From: Octopus bimaculoides
Lineage: Eukaryota
Reading direction: 5' to 3'
NCBI RefSeq assembly: GCF_001194135.2
Contig: NC_069005.1
Location: forward strand, 14,673,891-14,737,890
Length of the DNA stretch: 64,000 bases
How positions within the stretch are numbered: position 1 is the first letter of the stretch; each line of letters starts with the position of its first letter. Made by a program: the position numbers and the translations under genes. The notes beneath the pieces are model-generated. The model was not told the origin of the DNA, made no database searches, and saw nothing but the letters and a program-made list of their open reading frames with translations. Positions 13,028 to 25,012 of this stretch are shown piece by piece.

Positions 13028-14239
13028 CTCAAAAGGATCATCACATCTTAGAGATATGGAAGTGTACATTAACTAATGCATCGTTTATATTTATTAAAGC
13101 TGAAGTGAGTATAGGGAGATTTGGCTGCTTTTTCTACTAAGTTGAGTGACCAATTAGAGGTTCACTCATATATGTTTTGGAAGCAATTGTATCTCATCCC
13201 AAGGCATGATACCTTTGAATGCTTATTCAACTTGCAGAGCCAAGTTCAAAGACTGCTGGTTTGAAGAAGCTGCTTCAGACTAGTGTTCTCTGTGTCTTTG
13301 TATACTTGTTATTGGATCCAGTTTCCGGTTCTGATCACTGGCTACATTTGGCAGCTTATGTGTAACACTATATAACCACCATCAACATCAGCAGCAGGAA
13401 GATATCTTAATGAACTATGACGGATTTCACAATTCTGAACAGTTGAATTCACATCCTCCATTGGTATAGTGTACAACTTATATTGATAAGTCCCTTAACC
13501 CCTTGGGGAGTCATTGAGGTGTCGCAGCCATGCAGCATATCTTGGGCGAGAAAGCCTGGCAGAGCCCATCCCTCACCAAGCTAAGCTTATTTCTACAACT
13601 GAGTGGACTGGGGCAACATGAAATGAAGTGTTTTGCTCAAGAGCACGACACATCACCTGGTCCAGGAAGTGCAACCACAATCTTAGGTTTGTGAGTCCAA
13701 CATCCGAACCACAAGGTCAGGTGCCTCCACACAGCTTATATGATAGCTGTCAAAGACCAAATTGTGACCAAAATAAGAAAAAATACCCATTAAGCACATC
13801 CAATACGAATTTCAACATATAAATTTTGATTTATATATTCTAGTAATAAACATCTAAAATTAAGAAAGAGGCGATTTGATGTGCTTGAGAAGACACATCA
13901 TCATCATCATTTAACATGTTTTCCATGCTGGCATGGGTTGGATAGTTTGACAGGAGCTGGTCAGCTGAAGAACTGCTCAGGCTCCAATTGTCTGTTTTGG
14001 CATGGTTTCTACGGCTGGATGCCCTTCCTAATGCTAACCACTTTACAGAGTTTACTGGGTGCTTTTATGTAGCATCAGCATGGATGTGGATGCATTTATG
14101 TGGCACTGGTACAGGTGCTTTTTACATAGCACAAGCACCCATGAGCCCACAAGATTAGGAATGCACAGCTGGAGAGGGATACAGGGGACAAGTCTGTAAG
14201 CAAGAACAACCATGCTTTCACTCAGCTTGGCTTGTTTTC

Positions 14240-14480
14240 TCAAGCACAGCAAACTGTCAGGAGTCTCAGTCTGCTATCATCCCCTCTGTGAGTTCCAATG
14301 TCTGTAGATCCTTTCTCACCACTTCGTCCAATGTCTTCCTGGGTCTACACCTTCCACATGTTCCTTCTACAATTAAATATTGGCACCTCTTGATGCAACT
14401 GTCTTCATTCATATGCATTACATGACTGTACCAGCACAGTCTTCTTTCTTGCACAGTGTGAAATCTTGTGGCCTGTGACA
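14240..14480 (-). mobile_element. RTE LINE 3' fragment (a related copy lies at ~25280-25580, minus strand)
   Basis: RRLCWYSHVMHMNEDSCIKRCQYLIVEGTCGRCRPRKTLDEVVRKDL is the RTE RT C-terminal pattern (LRWFGHV.RM...GRPRKTW). Confidence 0.8.
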
Positions 14481-14699
14481 TGCAAAAGGCACCCACTAAG
14501 CTCTGTGGAGTGATTGGTGTTAGGAAGGGCATCCAGCTGTAGTAACCAAGCCAAAACAGATTGGGGCTTCGTGCAATTTTCCAGTTTACCAGTTCCAGTC
14601 AAACTGTCTAACCCATGCCAGCATGGAAAACAGGTGCTAAATGATAATGATGACAGTGACAACAATGATGATGATGAAGGTAAGAAAAACATTATTTAC

Positions 14700-14810
14700 C
14701 AATATAATCATTTTGTCCAAACAAAGCCTTCTTTTTTACCCAGTTTTCTGGAACTTCATATGCTTTCAGTGATTGCAATGGTTTAGCACTATCAAGGCGA
14801 GGTAGAAGTC
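14700..14810 (-). CDS. MRPL51: MRPL51 middle coding exon (111 nt, phase 1-1)
   Basis: Acceptor tgatttgcag|GA and donor ATTG|gtaaat. Encodes (G)LLPRLDSAKPLQSLKAYEVPENWVKKKALFGQNDYI, the conserved W..K.ALFGQNDYIDILG motif. It joins both neighbouring exons in frame. Confidence 0.92.
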
Positions 14811-15266
14811 CTGCAAATCAGATATAGTGAAAGAAAGAAAAAAAAAACATTAAAAAAACAAATTTTTTTTGTTCTATTCACAGCAAACAATAATCAAAAA
14901 TAAATAACATGTTTTTACATAGCACAGGTCAAAGGCCAAAAAGTCTCCCAATGTGAAGTAGTGATTCAGTCACTACTTCACATTGGGATGTCACAGTCCT
15001 GGTACTATAGAATGTTGTAGGAAAAAATCACAAGATGGATTCTTCAAGTCAAGCCAACTGGCAGAAGACCTAGGAGTAGACTAAGAAGAAGGCTGTGTGG
15101 TAAGAAGCTTTCTTCCCAACCACATGGTTCCAGGTTCAGTCCCATTGCATAGCACCTTGGGCAAGTTTTCTTCTACTACAGCCTCAGGCTGGCCAAAGTC
15201 TTCTGAGTGGATTTGGTAGGCAGGAACTGAAAAACAACCTGTTGTGTGCGTGTGTGTGTGTGTATA

Positions 15267-16486
15267 CAAGGTGTGATAGATAAATTGTTGCCATTTTATA
15301 ATTTTGATTTCACACATGTGCATTGTTTGTTTTTGATTATACTGTACTACACAGTATTGTAGGGTCAGTTGGGCACTGTTTGTGAGAAAAACAGCACCAT
15401 GACACAATTCACTCTTCCAAAAATTTGGAAATGACATGCTGTATTACTTGGCACCAGAAGCTCTAATACAAACATTTCAGAGTGTTTGGGTGTCAGTCTG
15501 AGGACAGTGCAGGGGATTCAGAAAGAGTTGGAAGAATCTAATGGTGATTACAAAGGTACAGCAGCTCGGAAAACTCATTCTGATCATTCTGATAAGAAAA
15601 GAACTCCTGAATTTGTTGGTGAGATCCAGGCCATGATTGACAATGATCCCTTCAAGTCAATCAGGTCCATCGCCAGGGACATGCGAGTGTCTGAGTTTCT
15701 TATCAAGCAGGTAGTGCATGAAGACATTCGGTATTCCTCATACAAGGTGTGAAAGGGCCAATTTTTATCCCAAGCCATCAAAGAAGACAAGAGGAAAGAC
15801 CACACTACGAAGCTTTTGAACAAACTCAAGTGTCCCCTCTAACCGAACATGCTTTGGTTTTTCACAGATGAGAAAAATGTCTGCCAAGATCAGACAGGGA
15901 ACACACAGAATAACCGTTCGCTTGTCATGTCCCCAAAATATGTACAGAGAGTGACAAAAATCAAACATGCAGTCAACATCAAGGTGTTTGGAGTGATCAC
16001 TAGTGATGGCAATGTTATGCCTCCATTCATTTTCCCACATGGCCTCAGACTCAACACAGAGGCCTACATCAAGTACCTGGAGGAGGTAGTGCTGCCCTGG
16101 GTCAAGAGGGTAGCTGCTGGAAGACTCTATGTCTGGCAACAGGACTCTGCACCATGCCACACAAGCATGAGAACCCAGTCATGGCTGTCAGACAATTTCT
16201 GTGATCACATCATCCATAACATCTGGCCACCCAACCCCCCAGACTGCAACCCCCTTCATCACTATATGTGGGGCACAGTTCAGCAAGAGACCAACAAAAC
16301 TCTTGTTGCAAGAGATTCCAAAGTCGTCTGGAGGTTGAAGCCAATGGTGATTTTATTGAATAAATTTATTCTTTAGTATCTCAAGATATATTTATGTAAT
16401 TTTGGTAAATATATCTGTTAAAATGAGATGTCAATGTTATTTTCATTTTTGCGTAATTTAGACGACAGTTTACCCACTGTACCCTG
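15267..16486 (+). mobile_element. IS630-Tc1-mariner DD37D (maT) transposon relic in MRPL51 intron
   Basis: HTH region (LGVSLRTVQ), WFFTDEK, and QQD...37 aa...PL(H) with the third D mutated to H. In-frame stops at 15750 and 15840. Degenerate TIRs caaggtgtgatagataaattg / cagtttacccactgtaccctg. Confidence 0.9.
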
Positions 16487-16491
16487 CATGC

Positions 16492-16530
<39 letters not shown>

Positions 16531-18643
16531 TTCCCTTTGTGTCTGTGTTTGTTCCTCCACTGCTGCCTGACAACTGGTGTTGGTTTGTTTACATTTTTGT
16601 AACTTAGTGGTTTCGCAAAAGAAACCAATAGAATAAGTACCAGGCTTTAAAAAAAAGTACTGGGTTCAGTTTGTTCAACTAAAAATTCTTCAAGGCAGTG
16701 CTCCAGCATGGCCACAGTCTAATGACTGAAGAAAGTAAAAGATAGTCTCAGTTGGTCATGCTTAGGAATCCAGATGGAAAGTCTAATCACAATTGCTTCT
16801 GATAGAACGCTATAGAGGAGGTACCTGAGGACCCTACCCCAATGACCGACCCCCCTCCCTTAATAGTGGGCAGAGAAGATGGATAGATTGATACATAACA
16901 TAGACAAAGATGTAGCTGTGTAGTTAAGAAGTTCACATCCCACTGTTGCTCAAGGTGTGACACCTTGAGCAAGTGTTTTTACTACAACTCTTGGGTCATC
17001 CAAAGAGTTATAAGTGAGTTTGGGAGACAAAAACTGAAAGAAGTTTGCTGTCATGTGTGTGTCTCCTTGATATTGTGCAATAGTTGTAAACATGTGCCAC
17101 TGTCATAAAAGCAGAGTGACTCATTTCCTATCTTCCATGAAAACATGGGGAAATATTACTTGCTAGGAAACAGATGACAGTTGGAGATAGGAAAGGCATC
17201 TGGCCTCAACAAAATCTGTCTGACCTATGCAAGCATGGAAAAGTGAACATTTTATTGTCCACTTCAGTGAAAGAAGAACAGAAAGGGGCTGAGGTTCACT
17301 ACAGCTGTTTCAAACATGGTTTTTATTGATGAACAAATCAATTATATCGTGTTCACTACACTCGGAACCTTCCCTGCATTGAATCTTGAGCTTATAGTGG
17401 GCCATGGACTGCACACAGGAATATACTCATGTGAGTTTACATATACGTTGGATGTATTTGGTTTATGTATGCGTAACTGGAAGAACAACTTTGTACACAG
17501 ACATCTCAAATGTAAATAGACACCCCTTCTTATATTGTTTTATCTATGTGGATACACAAATGGATTAAATCATTAAAAACACTAGATTAAGTACATCTAA
17601 TGACATTGTTTTGTTTCTGGAAATAAGTCTTTCAAAATTGATGTGTCTATTTACTTTTGAGGTACCTGTGTATATGCCTTAGTAAGTACATAAGCGTCCA
17701 TACACACTGTTAATACACAAATATTTTTCACCATTGGTGAATAAATAATACCAAAAAATTTTCCAACTTCCAGTTTTGTTATATATCTGACCTATGTTTA
17801 GGAGAATTTTACCAAATTTTTACATTTAAGAATAATGTAATAAATTCTGGACAGGAACAAGCTTTGAGACACTTGCACATGAGGAAATTCACATTTGCCC
17901 AGTATAAATGAATAATCAACACCTAAATAACAGAATGTTTTGAAATAATGGAGTATAAGTGATTATCCAATCAAAACTTGAATTGAAGGTAGTTCATGTC
18001 TAACTTAACAAACAAGTCTACATCATACAATGCAGGGGAGATAAACGAAAAACTTTAAACAGTTAAATTAAAGGATATTAAAGTAAAGACCCTGAAGAAA
18101 CTGCACTGGTATTATAGCAGGGTTGCAATTGCAACAGTTACTATTCGCTGCAGTTGAAACATGTGTAGGTCAATGTAAAGCTGTATAAATAAAAAGAATT
18201 TAAAGGTAACGCTATGCCACTTCGTAATAATCTTTATTATTATTGTTGATATTATATACTCCAGGGAACCTATATGGTTAAGGTACAATACTCAGAATTA
18301 TTCAACGGAATATATCTTTAAATTCTTATCTTATGAGAACATTATTGGATTTATATATTAACTGTTGAATAACCTATTTTGAATACCTAACTTAGAGCAA
18401 ACTGGTAATTGTTTTGGGGTAATTCCTTACTATTTATGAATATATATATATGTTTTATGTGTATGTGTCTTTGTGGTTGTCTCCCACCAGTTGACAACTG
18501 ATGTTGGTTTATTTGTATTATCAAAGTTTGCAGTTGGACAAAAAGAAACCAGACTTAAAATATTTCCAAAGTTCTTTAAGACATTGCCCTGGCATGGCAG
18601 CAGTTCAATAACCAAATCAAGTAAAAGAATAAAAGAATCTTAC

Positions 18644-18890
18644 CTCCAGTGAAATATTTTGCTTCATAACCATAGCGTTTCCTTTTTGGAGTCTTATATG
18701 ATTTATTTGTTGCAGAATCTGTGCTCCGTACTTCAGTAGAATATGCTGTCTGTTGAATAGCAGTCTTGCTGATTGGAACTTTCAGAATACTACAATATTT
18801 AGGTACAGAAGTCTCTTGGGTCAGTAGAGGTGTCTGAGCGAAGAACCTGGCCAAATTTAGCCCATTTTTCTTTATCAGTGAAAGTAGCAT
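18644..18890 (-). CDS. MRPL51: MRPL51 first coding exon (mitochondrial presequence-like N-terminus); the exon extends 5' to an acceptor at 18921
   Basis: ATG at 18890, MLLSLIKKNGLNLARFFAQ...KRKRYGYEAKYFTG, donor GGAG|gtaaga. A poly-T acceptor tag|t lies 31 nt upstream of the ATG. The spliced product is 192 aa. Confidence 0.88.
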
Positions 18891-19229
18891 TCTCTCACAA
18901 AATTATTGACGAAGATATTTACTAAAAAAAAAAAAAAAAAATCATACAAACATACATGCAATCGTATAGCTGCATAACAAGGTGCAGAAAATAGTATCTG
19001 AATGCTAAAGATAAAGTAAAATAGTATTTTATTGAAGCTGGAAAGACTTCACAAGTTTGTGAAGATGATCAGTCATGTGAAACATTTTTTGAAGTTTTTA
19101 CAGCTTCAATATTCACTGGCTGTCTGTCATAGGTCTGTGTTGACTGTTCTGTTCAGAAATCATCTCTGGCAGGCTCTCATGTGGGCGACAAGGCCTGCTC
19201 TTGACCTGAGGCAGCAATAACATCTGCTG

Positions 19230-19730
19230 CAGAGAAATTTATTTGATGCAATCGAGAAGTGATGCCTCCCATGTGCACTTACGTATTCTCCTCAATGGCT
19301 GTAATAAAGAGCTTCAGCAATTGGTGTTATTCACCATGTGGCAGGGCCTTTCTCTCCCAGGGGAATGGGGAACTGCCAAAGTTTTTCATATGTCCCTTTA
19401 GTACATCCCTGTTCACAACCTCTGGGTACCATGGCTCCTATGCTGACACAGTTCAGTGTAGAAAACTGCCCTTGGGAACCAGCTGTCTTCCATCCTGCAA
19501 GCATGTCCCACCTAGTGCATCCGCAATGAGGCAACAAGGACCTCTACACTAACTACCCAAGTGTGGTGCAAGACCTCTACATCAGGAACGGAATCCCACC
19601 ATCTAATATTTAAGATGGAGCACAGATGATGAAGTTGGACTTGCATCAGGGCCTGCGGAAGAGGGTCAAGCATTCTGTGGCATAGAGGCAAGGGAGCACT
19701 ATGACACTGTCCAGCTTTATCTTCATATTG
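19230..19730 (-). mobile_element. RTE (BovB-like) LINE RT C-terminal fragment
   Basis: Minus-strand translation LYATECLTLFRR...LCSILNIRWWDSVPDVEVL...GHACRMEDSWFPRAVFYTEL, with stops and frameshifts. Confidence 0.8.
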
Positions 19731-20100
19731 TGGGTAATGTCATGCAGCTCCCAAAACACTCATCATCAGTTATATATATATATATATATTAGTAGGCATC
19801 CTCAGTCTCAAGAGACCATGGATCTGCACCCAAAGAAATTGTGTCAGCTGCTGATGGTAGTACAGCATCCGCTGCAGCTGTAGATGCCCACACAAGAGAT
19901 ATGAAAATATATATGTGTGTATGTGTGTATATAGTTAAGAAGCTTGCCTGGCAACCATGAGGTTTTGGGTTCAGCCCCACTGCATATCACCTTGGGTAAG
20001 TGTCTTCTACCATAGACCCATACTAACCAAAGCCTTGTGAGTGGACTTGATAGACAGAAACTGTGTAGAAGCCCATTGCATATATATCTGTAGTAACGCC

Positions 20101-20110
20101 TGCGCATGCG
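20101..20110. promoter_or_regulatory. NRF1/ewg-type palindrome TGCGCATGCG in a CpG-retaining patch
   Basis: Match to the established NRF-1 consensus YGCGCAYGCGCR core, 1.2 kb upstream of the MRPL51 ATG. Confidence 0.45.
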
Positions 20111-20399
20111 TAAAATTAAACAAGCAAGCGTTTCCCGCTCAATTCATTCTCTTTCACGCTGGCCAGCGATTGAGCATGGACGTGTGTTTAAAAGTTCTCC
20201 CTACATCTTTCGGTCTTATACTCGACAGCTCGTTATTCTCACCTCTAAAGATGTATAACTAAAGATATGTATGTTTTACCAAGTAAATAAATGTTGTTTA
20301 AGTTGTTTAGTCTGGAGTTCAGCGTTCCGTCTATTTCTTTAATTTTATAGTAGAAAGTCAGGTATACAATCTAAAGATGTATAACCCACTTTCTACTAA

Positions 20400-20435
<36 letters not shown>

Positions 20436-21207
20436 AGTAAAATCAGTAAAAAGAGTACTGTGTATACTTTCTATAAGTTAAAAAGACTGGATGGAGGATG
20501 TAAAACTCTGCTGTCTTTCATTTGTTTCTCTCATTTCAATTTTTTCCTCAAGAAGGACACTGTCCGAAATATTGGATTTCCTCATTGCAAGTTAACTGTA
20601 TTCCTTTTATCAATTTCACTACAGAAGAGTTGCCAACACAGACCAACACCAGCCTCTTTGGAGTCTGTTTTATCATATATCTTTTACATATTTCAATCAT
20701 TAGACTGCGGCCATGCTGGGACAAGCCTTGCAGAATTTTTGGTCAAATGAATTGACCCAAGTACTTAGTTTATTAAGCCTGGTAGTTGTTCTATTGGTCT
20801 CTTTTGCTAAATTGCCAAGTTACAGGGGTCATAAACACACCAACACCAGTTTTCAAGTGGTGGCAGGGGACATACACATAGGTATATTATATATATGAAG
20901 GGCTTCTTTCAGTTTCCATCTCCCAAAATCCAATCACAAGTCTTTGGTTGGCCTGAGGCTGTAGAAGATACTTGGCCAAAGTACAGATATATAGATATAT
21001 GTGTGTGCCTGTATTTGTTCATCATTGCTTGACAACCAGTGTTGGATTGTCCACATCTTTTAGCAGTTCAGCAAAAGAGTCCCTCAAAATTGCTGACCTT
21101 CAACCCTGTAACGGACCGGTGTCTCGTTGAGGGGAATGTTGTGATCTTGGCCACTTATAAGCCATGGAAACCGAATCACCGACATTATGAGCTCTAGAAA
21201 AATAATT

Positions 21208-21426
21208 ATTATTTCAAATTTTGGCACAAAACAAGCAAGTTCGCGGGGAGTGGGTAAGTCGATTTGATTGATCCCAGTGCTTGACTGCTACTTATTTTAT
21301 CGACCCTGAAAGGATGAAAATCAAAGTCGACCTTGGCGGAATTTGAATTCACAACGTGAAGACGGACAAAATGCTGCTAAGCATTCCTCCGGCCGTACTA
21401 ACAATTCTACCAGCTCGACGCGTTTC
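21208..21426 (-). mobile_element. tRNA-derived SINE (Deu/Nin-like central motif) with a 14-bp TSD
   Basis: TSD ctagaaaaataatt at 21194-21207 and 21427-21440. Family motif gagttcaaattccgccaaggtcgactttg...ttcatcctttc. Confidence 0.85.
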
Positions 21427-21814
21427 CTAGAAAAATAATTAAAGAAAAGAAAATAATCTCGCTCTAAACAGGGCCTACCATCTTAAACCAAGGACATATA
21501 GGCAATCTTTCGCCGACAAATAATGAAGTTTTAGAAACAATGTCTAAAAACAATGAACACGTTGGATGGTCATGGCTGGAACGATTTAATAATAGGCCTG
21601 TAGGTCTGTTTGATGAGGGTTAGACAACCCCAGCAACTCCTGAATTCATAGACTTCTCATCAAGGAAAGGTCAACCAACTTATGAATCCAGTGAATAGAG
21701 TGATGTGCCGTAAATATATATATCTTAATTCTGATTGTTATTTCAATACGGTATCCAGATATCTCCAATAAAAATAAAATACACTTATATATATATATAT
21801 ATATATCCACTTAC

Positions 21815-21900
21815 CTGAAGGTTACTCAATGCTTTAAATATAAAAATATATTAAAAACATGTTTTGTAAGAAGAAAACATCTTTTTATACAGAGCTAACC
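21815..21900 (-). other. Candidate non-coding first exon of MRPL51
   Basis: Perfect donor CAG|GTAAGT at 21815/21814 in unique CpG-containing sequence upstream of the 18921 acceptor. The 5' end is not determinable. Confidence 0.5.
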
Positions 21901-21939
21901 ACAATTACGATCGCATCCCTTACTGCACCCGACGCTTCG

Positions 21940-22076
21940 TAGTTTCGGTTTGTTTCGTCTAGATAATTTATCGCTTAGTTTGCGCTATAAACCTCTAAAA
22001 CTGATCTGAAAAGAAAAGTAAGAAGAAATAATTTAATATCATTGATACAGATCTGACTGAGTCTTTAATATTTCAG
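21940..22076 (+). other. Candidate non-coding first exon of a plus-strand transcript (possibly PNN)
   Basis: Donor CAG|GTGAGT at 22076/22077 (weaker AAA|GTAAGA at 22017/22018), followed by a pyrimidine-rich intron start. CpG-rich unique sequence lies at 21905-21985. Confidence 0.5.
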
Positions 22077-22359
22077 GTGAGTTGTTTTCCCCTCCTTTTT
22101 AAATTAAAATTCTTTGCTTTCTTCAGATTTGTTGCTCTTTGCACATTTTATATGCAAATCGTTTTTACGTTCAGGTTGGCTTAAGAGTTTCGTTATTTTT
22201 GTCTATTGATTCCTTGCATGCATACACACAAAGCCTTGTCTTAGATTTTTATTATAAGGGCTTGTATAGAATGATCTTATTATTTGATGTTCGTGATTTA
22301 AGAAAAAAAAAACATTATAGAAAATAACCAAAATGACTACAGTAAAGAATCGAAGTATC

Positions 22360-22390
<31 letters not shown>

Positions 22391-22557
22391 AGTTAATGTA
22401 CTTTAAGACGAATCTCTCCCTTCACTACCACCGCTCTCTATACATACCTGCACACACACACATATATGTCCAATAACACTTATTTGTTGAAAAGGTAGTC
22501 TTGTATATGCTAACACACGTGAGAATATTTTAAATATTTGTATAAATTATAAATGTA

Positions 22558-22611
<54 letters not shown>

Positions 22612-24147
22612 GAGAGAGAGAGAGAGGCGTGTTTTTCCTATGTAACAGTCGAATGTAAATCGAAGGATCACCAAATACGTTTTTTTTTTTTACCAGGAAA
22701 AGGTTAGTAGTTATCTCGTAGTTTCTGTCTTGTTGCCTTCGAAGTAAATGTCAACCTTTTCCCTTGTAAAAACTATATATATATATGTATGTATGTGTGT
22801 TGTTTGCATCAGGAGATAAATAAACCACATTTATTTTTTATTGGAAGATGTAATAAACTAAGTTTGTCTTGTCTTTCTAGTGTGCACACGTCATTCGGTA
22901 AAGTAAATTTTTAAAAATTCACGAGTATTTAAGATTATTTTGTTAATTCAACGACAGCAATTAATGGCTACGTTACTAAATTATTACAATAACTCATTAG
23001 AAAATATTATGATCTAAATAGTTTATTTTTTTTATTCGTCTTTAAAAGTAAAAAAACCAAAATTTTTTTTCAAATTAGTTCGATCATCGGATGTTATTGT
23101 CTCCCTTTAGTGCAAATCCACCAAAATTGCTGTTGTCTCCCTTTGTGGGAGTCAAAAGAAAGAGAAACAAAATTTCCTTGACCGATCGCGTTCTGTGGCA
23201 GCCCTTCATTTTAACGTTTATCTCATTTACATGAGGTAAGGCCTTCGTTTAAAGCTAAAATAAATAAATCAGCTAATAGTTGTTTCCAAGTGACTGGGGT
23301 TATTGATAATTTTCCTCGGGTACAAACGTGGAACCAACATTCGTATAAAATAGAATCTGAAATTAGTAATTTTCTATTTGACATTCGTAAAATCGAATTT
23401 GTTTTAGTTTCAGTTTCATTTCAACTCGATTAAGCATATCTCATGGATGCCCTACTGCTCCTCGTTTTATTGGTAAATCCCAACGAAATACTTACAGATC
23501 AGCAGATAATCAATGAAGGGCATAAAATTACTGGCTCGATCTTTGTCAGATTCAGCGACTTGTGTTGCTTAGTGTGCCCACCGTGGATTGATGAATTCTC
23601 ACATGTGTCTAGGGCGAAGCTATATTTAAAATAAGTCTTATATTTTTCCTTACTTTTTACTCGCTGTTCGTAGTGTGACACATAATTTTTGAAATGTTTT
23701 ATTGAAATAAACTATGATTTTATCAAATAGGAAATTACTCTGAAATTATCGAATACGCCAACAACATTTTTTAAGTATCGAAGATTACGAATCTTAAATA
23801 ATAATAACTAGGAGATGGTTTGTTCCCTGTTCCACTTTCCCGTGGTTTCAGTTATTGACAGTGTCCGTAATTTTTTTTTTTTTTCCCGAATTCATTTTCA
23901 AGAAACATAATCTCAGATGTTTAAAACAGGAAAAAATACTGTGTGGTAAGAAGTTTGCATCCCAACCACATGGTTCCGGGTTCAATCTCACTGCGTGGCA
24001 AGTGTCCTCTGCCAGGCGGCGAGCTGGCAGAAACGTTAGCACGCCGGGCGAAATACTTAGCGGTATTTCGTCTGCTGCTACGTTCTGAGTTCAAATTCCG
24101 CCGAGGTCGACTTAGCCTTTCGTCCTTTCGGGGTCGATTAAATAAGT

Positions 24148-25012
24148 ACCAGTACTGGGGTCAACTAATTCAACCAAAATTCTTCAAGGCAGCATGGCCG
24201 CAGTCCAATGACTAAAACAAGATTAAAGATAAGAAAGATAAAGCCACCACAGAAAATCCTCAGAGAATGAGAAAAGAGCGATGTCCCCATCGTTTTTCTT
24301 GTAGAGTCATCATCTATGATGCTTAAAAGGTGCAGATTCAGAGAAATTGCAATTTTTNNNNNNNNNNNNNNNNNNNNNNNNNNNNNNNNNNNNNNNNNNN
24401 NNNNNNNNNNNNNNNNNNNNNNNNNNNNNNNNNNNNNNNNNNNNNNNNNNNNNNNNNNNNNNNNNNNNNNNNNNNNNNNNNNNNNNNNNNNNNNNNNNNN
24501 NNNNNNNNNNNNNNNNNNNNNNNNNNNNNNNNNNNNNNNNNNNNNNNNNNNNNNNNNNNNNNNNNNNNNNNNNNNNNNNNNNNNNNNNNNNNNNNNNNNN
24601 NNNNNNNNNNNNNNNNNNNNNNNNNNNNNNNNNNNNNNNNNNNNNNNNNNNNNNNNNNNNNNNNNNNNNNNNNNNNNNNNNNNACTGAACCATGTGCATG
24701 CAACCACAATATACATATATGTGTGTGTCTGTGTTTGTCCCCCACCAGTGTATTTAAATTCTCATAACCTAGCAGTTTGGCAAAAGAGACAAATAGAATA
24801 AGTACCAGTACTGGGGTCAACTAATTCAACCAAAATTCTTCAAGGCAGCATGGCCGCAGTCCAATGACTAAAACAAGATTAAAGATAAGAAAGATAAAGC
24901 CACCACAGAAAATCCTCAGAGAATGAGAAAAGAGCGATGTCCCCATCGTTTTTCTTGTAGAGTCATCATCTATGATGCTTAAAAGGTGCAGATTCAGAGA
25001 AATTGCAATTTT
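24148..25012. repeat. Exact ~210 bp duplication flanking an assembly gap (24148-24357 vs ~24806-25012)
   Basis: Identical sequence on both sides of the N-run 24358-24683. Probably a haplotype or assembly artefact. Confidence 0.8.

Noticed and set aside
17495-17672. ~30-bp imperfect inverted repeat in an MRPL51 intron, and the adjacent 67-aa ORF at 17316
   Set aside because: Short arms, no TSD identified and no recognisable protein. Probably a decayed MITE.
24165-24820. Long ORFs spanning N-runs (also 41850-42208, 51074-51427, 56470-57768, 61012-61407)
   Set aside because: Open only because Ns translate as X.
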